From Thermoanaerobaculia bacterium (GTDB lineage Bacteria; Acidobacteriota; Thermoanaerobaculia; Gp7-AA8): a stretch of 64,000 nucleotides of DNA. The notes under the pieces are model-generated. The model saw nothing but the letters and a program-made list of their open reading frames with translations. It searched no databases and was not told the origin of the DNA. Location: assembly GCA_041748075.1 (NCBI GenBank), contig JBGTDX010000118.1:498-64497 (forward strand), read 5' to 3'. Shown here one piece after another: positions 58,395 through 64,000 of the stretch (the stretch's first letter is position 1; each line of letters begins with the position of its first letter). Both the position numbers and the translations under genes were made by a program.

Positions 58395-59174
58395 ATGTTT
58401 GACGACGTTCTGATCGAATCATCGAACAAGCAACAGGCGCGCGGCGGGTGGAAAACGACTTTGATATCGGTGGCACTTCACGCGGCCGCTATCGGGGGAG
58501 TCATCGCAGCAGGCTACTACGTCAAAGAGAATCCCGAGGTCATTGAGCGGCCGATTCAGGCTTTCATCGCCCAGGCTGCACCGCCTCCTCCACCGCCGCC
58601 TCCTCCACCTCCGGCATCGAGTGCCCAGCAGCAGACGCCGGCCACAACCGAGGTCCAGCCGACCACTCCCCGTGAGTCGTTCGTCACTCCTCAGGAGGTT
58701 CCGCGAGAGATTCCCCAGGCTTCAGTCCAGACTTCTGCGAGCGATGGAGCCGTCGAAGGCGGCGTAGTCGGCGGTGTGGAGGGAGGCGTCGTAGGCGGAG
58801 TGGTGGGCGGGGTCGTCGGTGGTGTCATCGGCGGAACACTCGGAGGTGTGCTGGGCGGGGAGCTTGGCGGAACAGGCGATCGTCCCGTGCGCGTCGGCGG
58901 CAACGTCAGGGCGCCGGTGGTCACCACCCGAGTCGAGCCTGTATACACGGAAATTGCAAGGAAGGCCCGCGTTCAGGGCGTGGTGATTCTCGAAGCGATC
59001 ATCGACCGGGAGGGGCGGGTGACCGACGTTCGCGTTCTCAAGCCGCTTGCCATGGGGCTCGATCAGGCGGCCATGGACGCGGTCAAGCAGTGGCGATTCA
59101 GACCGGGAACGATGGAAGGAAAACCCGTTCCGGTCATCTTCAACCTGACTGTCAATTTCAGACTGCAATCATAA
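58395..59174 (+). CDS. tonB: Energy transducer TonB
   Basis: It has an N-terminal anchor and a poly-Pro tract (PPPPPPPPPPP). A GGVVGG-type glycine repeat block follows, then the C-terminal TonB_C (VEPVYTEIARKARVQGVVILEAIIDREGRV...WRFRPG). The ATG at 58395 follows GAGG, and exbB/exbD lie downstream. Confidence 0.9.
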   Translation: MFDDVLIESSNKQQARGGWKTTLISVALHAAAIGGVIAAGYYVKENPEVIERPIQAFIAQAAPPPPPPPPPPPASSAQQQTPATTEVQPTTPRESFVTPQEVPREIPQASVQTSASDGAVEGGVVGGVEGGVVGGVVGGVVGGVIGGTLGGVLGGELGGTGDRPVRVGGNVRAPVVTTRVEPVYTEIARKARVQGVVILEAIIDREGRVTDVRVLKPLAMGLDQAAMDAVKQWRFRPGTMEGKPVPVIFNLTVNFRLQS

Positions 59175-59213
59175 AGACGCCGCTCAACGAGCAAGCGAGA
59201 GGAGATTCAACAA

Positions 59214-59906
59214 ATGGACGCTAGTCATTTCACAATGATGGGGATGTGGGCGCAGATGGGGTTCATCGCCAAGTCAGTCGTTTTCATTCTGGCGGCGATG
59301 TCCATCTGGTCTACGGGATTTGCGATCGAGCGCCTCTGGCGCTTTCACAAAGCGAAGAAGGAATCCCTCCAGGTGGCCCTCGGTGTGACGCCGCTGCTCA
59401 AACAGCACAAGCTCGCCGAAGCGATCACGTTCGCCAAGGACAAAAAGTTCAAGCACAGTCATCTCGCGCGGGTGCTCTCCGCCGGTCTCACGGAGTTTCA
59501 GTACGAAACCTCTCAGGATCAGCCCGCGGAATTTGACGTGGTCGAAGCGGGCAAACGGGCCATCGAGCGGGAGACCCTCATGACGACAGCAGAGATGAAA
59601 AAAGGCCTGGGCAACCTGGCGACGATCTCCACGACGGCGCCGTTCATCGGACTGTTCGGAACCGTGGTCGGCATCATCAACTCCTTCCGCGGCATGGCGG
59701 CGTCGGGATCGGGCGGTCTGGGAGCGGTCTCGGCAGGAATCGCCGAAGCGCTCGCAGCGACCGCGCTCGGTCTGGCTGTGGCCATTCCTGCCGTCTGGCT
59801 TTACAACTATTTCTCAGGCAAGGTCGAGCGTTTCCACGTCGAGATGTCGAACGCATCCTCGGAGCTGGTCGACTACTTCATCAAGAACGCCGCTCGCGGC
59901 CGTTGA
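59214..59906 (+). CDS. exbB: MotA/TolQ/ExbB proton-channel protein
   Basis: It has three TM helices and the conserved LATISTTAPFIGLFGTVVGII...GIAEALAATALGL motif. Confidence 0.9.
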   Translation: MDASHFTMMGMWAQMGFIAKSVVFILAAMSIWSTGFAIERLWRFHKAKKESLQVALGVTPLLKQHKLAEAITFAKDKKFKHSHLARVLSAGLTEFQYETSQDQPAEFDVVEAGKRAIERETLMTTAEMKKGLGNLATISTTAPFIGLFGTVVGIINSFRGMAASGSGGLGAVSAGIAEALAATALGLAVAIPAVWLYNYFSGKVERFHVEMSNASSELVDYFIKNAARGR

Positions 59907-59919
59907 ATCGAGGCTAAAG

Positions 59920-60360
59920 ATGGCATTCGGCTTAGGTGGTGGTAGTCCCGACGAAGTCAAAGGCGACATCAACGTCACGCCTCTTGTCGACGTCTGTCTC
60001 GTTCTGCTGATCATCTTCATGGTCGTTACGCCCATGCTGCAGGCGGGCATGGACGTGATGCTTCCGGAGGGACCTCACGCGGAAAAGAAACCGGGCGAAG
60101 AGGAAGATCTGGTCATCTCGATCAAGAATGACGGAACGGTTTTCGTGGGGCAGGACTGGATTCCCGATCGCGATCTCACGACCTACCTCACGGCCGAGTA
60201 TCAGAAGAATCCCGCCAGGACCGTGATGCTCAAAGCAGACCGCAGGCTGAACTTCGGAAAGATTCGAACAGTCATGCAGGCGGCCAACGACGCGCAATTC
60301 ACTCAGGTTGCCATCCTCACCGAGAACAAGCAGGCCGGTGCCGAGATGGCGAAGTTCTAG
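59920..60360 (+). CDS. exbD: Biopolymer transport protein ExbD/TolR
   Basis: It has an INVTPLVDVCLVLLIIFMV TM segment with a conserved Asp, and a periplasmic domain. Confidence 0.9.
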   Translation: MAFGLGGGSPDEVKGDINVTPLVDVCLVLLIIFMVVTPMLQAGMDVMLPEGPHAEKKPGEEEDLVISIKNDGTVFVGQDWIPDRDLTTYLTAEYQKNPARTVMLKADRRLNFGKIRTVMQAANDAQFTQVAILTENKQAGAEMAKF

Positions 60361-60371
60361 GGGACGAAATC

Positions 60372-60860
60372 ATGGGAATGAGCGTAGGCGGAAGCGGCGG
60401 TCTTTCTTCGGAGATCAACATCACACCACTGGTCGACGTCGTGCTGGTGCTGCTGATCATCTTCATGGTGGCCACGCCGATCCTCCAGATGGGACTCGAC
60501 GTCGAAGTCCCTCCGAAAGTCGAAACCACGGCAGCTCCGCCGCCGGACGCCCTGACCCAGCTCGTCGTCACGGTCAAACATGACGGCGTCTATCTGAACG
60601 CCGACAAGATGGCCGACCTCAACATGCTTCGCGACAGGATCGCTCCCATCATGCTCGGACGAGCCGTAAAGGATCGAGTGGTCTTCATCAATTCCGAAGA
60701 TCAGATTCCGTTCGATACCGCCGTTCAGGCAATGGATACCGTGCATCAGGCGGGAGCGGCCAAGGTGGGCTTTCTGACCGATCCTCCGAAACCGGGCGAT
60801 GCCGGCGGTGCGACTCAGGCGGCCCCGGAAGCAGTCCCCGCCCCCGCGGTCGCGCAATAG
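60372..60860 (+). CDS. exbD: Biopolymer transport protein ExbD/TolR (second copy)
   Basis: It has an INITPLVDVVLVLLIIFMV TM segment and a Pro/Ala-rich C-terminal tail. Confidence 0.88.
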   Translation: MGMSVGGSGGLSSEINITPLVDVVLVLLIIFMVATPILQMGLDVEVPPKVETTAAPPPDALTQLVVTVKHDGVYLNADKMADLNMLRDRIAPIMLGRAVKDRVVFINSEDQIPFDTAVQAMDTVHQAGAAKVGFLTDPPKPGDAGGATQAAPEAVPAPAVAQ

Positions 60861-60882
60861 CTTCAAGCATCACTCACCATCC

Positions 60883-60980
60883 GGAGGCGAACGAGGTCTG
60901 GTGGCCTCCGCGGTCTTCAAAACCGTTGTTTCGGCGCGGAAGCGTCGAAGGGTCGGTTCGATTCCGACCCGCCTCCGCCA
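60883..60980 (+). tRNA. selC: tRNA-Sec (selenocysteine tRNA, anticodon UCA)
   Basis: It is 98 nt. The 6-bp D-stem GAGGTC/GGCCTC has a 4-nt loop TGGT. The anticodon loop is CTTCAAA (TCA). The long variable arm is TTCGGCG-cggaag-CGTCGAA (7 bp). The T-arm is GGTCGG-TTCGATT-CCGACC. The acceptor plus T helices total 13 bp, the discriminator is G, and CCA is encoded. Confidence 0.85.
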
Positions 60981-60984
60981 TTTC

Positions 60985-61018
60985 GAAGTTGTGAGTTCTG
61001 AGTTGTGAGTTCAGAGTG
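60985..61018. repeat. One-armed GTTGTGA/GTTCTGA heptamer array directly 3' of tRNA-Sec
   Basis: The sequence is gaagttgTGAgttcTGAgttgTGAgttcagagtg, with TGA at 60992, 60999 and 61006. It uses the same unit as 1121-1185. No complementary arm lies nearby. Confidence 0.8.
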
Positions 61019-61032
61019 CCCAATCGCCCGCG

Positions 61033-61111
61033 CGCCGTTGCCGTTCGCCGTTGCCGTTCGCGTTGCCGTAGCCGTACGCCGTAGCCGTTGCCGTTGCCGT
61101 ACGCCGTTGCC
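61033..61111. repeat. Tandem 6-7-nt array GCCGTTG/CCGTTC/CCGTAG/CCGTAC (about 12 units)
   Basis: Read directly: gccgttgccgttcgccgttgccgttcgcgttgccgtagccgtacgccgtagccgttgccgttgccgtacgccgttgcc. It has no TGA and no complementary arm in the window. Confidence 0.8.
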
Positions 61112-61158
61112 AGGCGAGTATTCGACTCCAACGCACCGCGCCGGTAGGCGCGGCAGAC

Positions 61159-61311
61159 GGTAGCCGGTGGCAAGCGAAGCGCAGCCACCGGATCGTTACC
61201 GCGATGCTACCTTTCCCGCCCCGTCGGAGTTTTCTTCTGTCACCCCTCCGGGGTGAATGAAAATTTTCGTCCCTCGATCCGGTGGCTGCGCTTCGCTTGG
61301 CACCGGCTACC
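61159..61311. repeat. 37-bp inverted repeat (one mismatch) flanking a 79-nt spacer; MITE-like element or structured RNA
   Basis: GGTAGCCGGTGGCAAGCGAAGCGCAGCCACCGGATCG (61159-61195) faces its reverse complement at 61275-61311 (GGC versus GCC at one site). Each arm is itself a hairpin (CCGGTGGC...GCCACCGG). The spacer contains CACCCC-tcc-GGGGTG. Confidence 0.8.
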
Positions 61312-61362
61312 CTCTGTTGCGCCTCCGGCGCATGGCATTACTTTGTTGCGCGCTCCACTCCC

Positions 61363-63282
61363 CTAATCCCGCCTCATAGACAACACGGTCGCGCCTCCCG
61401 AATCGGGCCAGGGCCAGACCGGATGGTTGCAGACTCGGATATGGCGCGAATTGGCTGAAATGTGGAGAGCCGCATTGCCGAGGACAGCGGAGGGAAGGGA
61501 GCGGAAACCGCCCGTGGTGCGATCGCGGTCGAGATCGATCGCGTTCTCTGCAATCACGACACCCAGCAGCGCCGCCCCACCCGCGATCAGAATCTGTTCG
61601 TGCGCCGCGATCACGCCCGACGCTGCAGCGACGACGCCATCGGGCGGAGGCGTGACAAACCGGGGCGCGACACTGCAACAGTCTTCGTACAGATCTCCGT
61701 TGAATGAACCATCGATATGGATGTCACGTCCGGAGATGAGCAGCACGCGGTTTGGGAGCGCAGGATCCACCGTCAGATTTCCCGAGATGTAGACGGATCC
61801 CACCGCGATGATCGACGCCTTCCATGCCGCATCACCGGACAGCCGGTTTCCGCCGACCGGAGCGTCGATCCACAGCGCACCATCGACGAGCAGCGTCACT
61901 CCCTGCCAGTCCTCCCCGCTCACCGGAAAGATCGGATCCTCCAGACGAAAGAACGTGATCGGCAACCGCTCCGTATCGAACGGCAACTCCGCATCGTCGC
62001 CGACGCCCGGCAGCAGTTGATCGTCGAACGGCCACACCTCGAAGCGCGGTCGCTCGCCGGTCGTTCCGAGCTCGAGCTTCGCAGTTCGCGGAACCTCTGT
62101 GTCCGATGTTTCCTGCACGAGGTCCCAGTTCTGATTCGATTCATTCCAGCGGTAAAGCCTCCCCTGCCCCGTCGCACTGCGCGGGGGTCGCGAGGCTCCC
62201 GCCTCCGAGAACTCGAGCCCGTAGTCCTGACAGAGGGATCTGCCACAGGGCCGCGGCGGCGAACCGGTATCAGGATCGTTGTCCGTCCATTCGTTAGCGG
62301 GCGTCCGCGTAGTCAGAAGGAAATACTTCGACAGGCTCTCCGGCGAGACGGGGCGGTAGAGCAGATCCCACGGATTGATTGCCGGGGGCTCGATACGCCG
62401 AACACGTTCCCGCGGTGGCGGATCGACTGATGACGATCCCGCGGCAATCGTGCCCGTCGCAGAAAGAGGCGGTGAGCCGCCGCGAAATGAGGATCCGGAA
62501 ATCGCATCGATGTTTCCATTCGCATGAACCCTTTCACATGTTCCGCAGAACCTCGAGGTTTCGACCGTGAGGTTTCCGTTACTGAGGATCGATGGCTGCG
62601 GAGCGTTTTCGCCGATGATGGCCTCGAGCGTTTCGGATGCTGCGAGTCGATTGCGGGCGTCGAGCTTCTGTGCAGTCACACGTACCGTCGCGTAGCCATA
62701 CCGCCGGCCATCCACGATCGGTGGCCCGTAGAACGAAATTTCGGTAATCCGTCCCCGCGGAACTCTCATCGCTTCCGTCACGAGAGGGTTGAGGTTCGTC
62801 TCCAGCCAGCAATCGTTCGGAGGGACGGGAGTACCATCCGGTCTGCTGCAGGAGAATCGGAGATCGTACTGATCGGATCCCGGCTCCCGTGTGCCGCCGA
62901 AGACGCGGTTCCATTCACTCCGGAACGGCCCGCGAAACAACCTGTCATCCGTGCCGGTGTAGTGCGATCCGATGTCTCCCCGCATCGTCCTGAAGACACC
63001 GATACCGTTCAGCTCACTCTCGGACGTGAAGTGACCACCGAATACCGGAACGAGCTCCGCGTCCTCCGGCGTCAGGAACATCTGTTGTGCGATGCGAACA
63101 CCGGCCTCGGCGATCTGGCTCACCTCGATCCGATCCCGCCACGAAACTGCAATCTCTTCTTCGATCGCCGAATAGCTCACGACCGCCATACCGAGCATGC
63201 TGAGAATCAGTGTGAGCATCATCGTGATCACGAGCGCGGCACCGCGACTGCGACACCGCCACTTTGTGTGGTACATGCTCAT
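61363..63282 (-). CDS. Large PilX N-terminal-domain protein (type IV pilus-associated, putative tip/adhesin-like)
   Basis: The N-terminal RGAALVITMMLTLILSMLGMAVVSYSAIEEEIA matches the PilX_N hydrophobic segment. The start ATG 63282 forms an ATGA overlap with the upstream gene stop; the track ORF extends to 63558. The remainder is about 600 aa without motifs I recognise. Confidence 0.6.
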   Translation of the reverse strand: MSMYHTKWRCRSRGAALVITMMLTLILSMLGMAVVSYSAIEEEIAVSWRDRIEVSQIAEAGVRIAQQMFLTPEDAELVPVFGGHFTSESELNGIGVFRTMRGDIGSHYTGTDDRLFRGPFRSEWNRVFGGTREPGSDQYDLRFSCSRPDGTPVPPNDCWLETNLNPLVTEAMRVPRGRITEISFYGPPIVDGRRYGYATVRVTAQKLDARNRLAASETLEAIIGENAPQPSILSNGNLTVETSRFCGTCERVHANGNIDAISGSSFRGGSPPLSATGTIAAGSSSVDPPPRERVRRIEPPAINPWDLLYRPVSPESLSKYFLLTTRTPANEWTDNDPDTGSPPRPCGRSLCQDYGLEFSEAGASRPPRSATGQGRLYRWNESNQNWDLVQETSDTEVPRTAKLELGTTGERPRFEVWPFDDQLLPGVGDDAELPFDTERLPITFFRLEDPIFPVSGEDWQGVTLLVDGALWIDAPVGGNRLSGDAAWKASIIAVGSVYISGNLTVDPALPNRVLLISGRDIHIDGSFNGDLYEDCCSVAPRFVTPPPDGVVAAASGVIAAHEQILIAGGAALLGVVIAENAIDLDRDRTTGGFRSLPSAVLGNAALHISANSRHIRVCNHPVWPWPDSGGATVLSMRRD

Positions 63283-64000
63283 GACGGTGGGACCTCGAAC
63301 GACGGTGACGGCTCGCTCGTGCGGAGTCCCGACGTCGTGCAGTCGACTTGCGCGAACACGACATAGCGATACGAAGCGGCGCGTGCCGAAACGACCTTCG
63401 GCACCATGTCGACCACCCGATTCGTCTCGTAGACATCGATCCGGCCGTCGTAAACGAAGCCCGGAGCTCCATCCAGCTTTCTCGAGCGCTCCACGATGTA
63501 GTGAGCAACGGCGACCTGCTTCGCATCGGGCGGAGCGGTCGAAGTCACCTCGGGCCACTCGAGATTCACGACGTAGACTTCTGCCCCGCCGACGACTGAC
63601 TCCTCGATCGGCGGATTCGACCGCAGGGCGGAGGGAGCCTCCGGTACGATGCCGTACGGAAGATCGAACTGCACCGCGAGCGACATCGGGGGTGAGCCGG
63701 CACCGGTGACTTCACAGGCGTCGCGCGCGCGAATCCGATAAAAGTATGGCTGGCACGGACTTGCCAGGTGGTCGGTGAAACGCAGGGACGCCATCGGGCT
63801 CGAGTTGGGCTCGACATCATCCACCCTCGTCGTGGATGTCAACTCGAATGACCCGCCCTCTCCGGCACGCGACCTGTGGACTTCGTACGTCTCGAGATCG
63901 ACGAGTTTCCGGTCGAACGGCGGAACCGGGTCTTCGACGAATCCGTCGGAGCGGATGCAGGTGCCCGGCGGCAGCGGCTCGACGTTCTCCCCCGCCCGAT
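63279..64000 (-). CDS. Hypothetical protein with FN3/Ig-like beta-sandwich features, 5' end beyond window
   Basis: I checked codon by codon that the frame stays open from 63842 to base 64000, so the gene is truncated by the window. Motifs such as YEVHRS and YFYRIRARD resemble FN3-type strands. It is coupled to the PilX-N gene. Confidence 0.5.
   Translation of the reverse strand, partial: RAGENVEPLPPGTCIRSDGFVEDPVPPFDRKLVDLETYEVHRSRAGEGGSFELTSTTRVDDVEPNSSPMASLRFTDHLASPCQPYFYRIRARDACEVTGAGSPPMSLAVQFDLPYGIVPEAPSALRSNPPIEESVVGGAEVYVVNLEWPEVTSTAPPDAKQVAVAHYIVERSRKLDGAPGFVYDGRIDVYETNRVVDMVPKVVSARAASYRYVVFAQVDCTTSGLRTSEPSPSFEVPPS

Noticed and set aside
58750-58870. Periodic GGN-GTN DNA repeat inside tonB
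   Set aside because: It encodes the GGVVGG glycine-repeat linker of TonB in frame. This is a protein-level low-complexity region, not a noncoding element.
61204-61260. 18-codon ORF (MLPFPPRRSFLLSPLRGE) in the core of the 37-bp inverted-repeat element
   Set aside because: It has no Shine-Dalgarno sequence, lies within predicted RNA structure, and is of a length expected by chance.
57916-61311. Genomic island or prophage integrated at tRNA-Ala or tRNA-Sec
   Set aside because: There is no integrase, no direct repeat of either tRNA 3' end elsewhere in the window, and the flanking genes are ordinary (tonB-exbBD, pilus-like).

Overview
GC-rich bacterial chromosomal segment, densely coded, with no hallmark of phage, transposase, integrase, CRISPR, reverse transcriptase or toxin-antitoxin genes. 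The phylum cannot be fixed without a database search. The gene content (HrcA/CIRCE, DUF4388, PEP-CTERM-type polysaccharide genes, TonB with GGxxGG repeats) is compatible with Acidobacteriota-like soil lineages, which is inference only.

Content in order:
- ampG-like permease, rsmE and gltA.
- A minus-strand heat-shock operon, hrcA-grpE-dnaK-dnaJ-prmA, with a textbook CIRCE operator and a sigma70-like promoter.
- SurA-like chaperone, ligA, an orphan receiver protein, a trmJ-like gene, guaB and an MFS transporter.
- A DUF2203-HAD-MBL-dacB string, then acpP-fabF.
- A minus-strand string running DUF4013, DUF2085, DUF4388, pgeF and a class A PBP.
- An orphan TonB-C protein and a cupin.
- A polysaccharide locus of about 24 kb (31.6-55.8 kb). 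It holds a PEP-CTERM-type deacetylase, a WecA-like priming enzyme, nine GT-B glycosyltransferases, gmd, a methyltransferase and two Wzy_C-type proteins. It also holds a PHP tyrosine phosphatase, a BY-kinase, a Wza-like exporter and a beta-barrel outer membrane protein.
- MBL-rhodanese, a cupredoxin, tRNA-Ala, tonB-exbB-exbD-exbD and tRNA-Sec (selC).
- A PilX-N-domain protein operon running off the window end.

The most unusual signal is not a gene. It is a family of intergenic hairpins whose arms are tandem 7-nt units of the form N4-TGA. They start at or next to the real stop codon of the upstream gene and are always oriented so that the TGA-bearing arm comes first on either strand.

Other unexplained structure:
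- A 66-bp CTAG-terminated perfect-type palindrome with a solo third copy.
- A repeat-laden 3' flank of selC that includes a 37-bp inverted-repeat element.
- A large noncoding leader upstream of tonB.

All start codons were chosen by eye (in-frame ATG/GTG/TTG, Shine-Dalgarno, 4-nt overlaps) and are less certain than the product calls. No similarity search, RNA covariance model or fold computation could be run.
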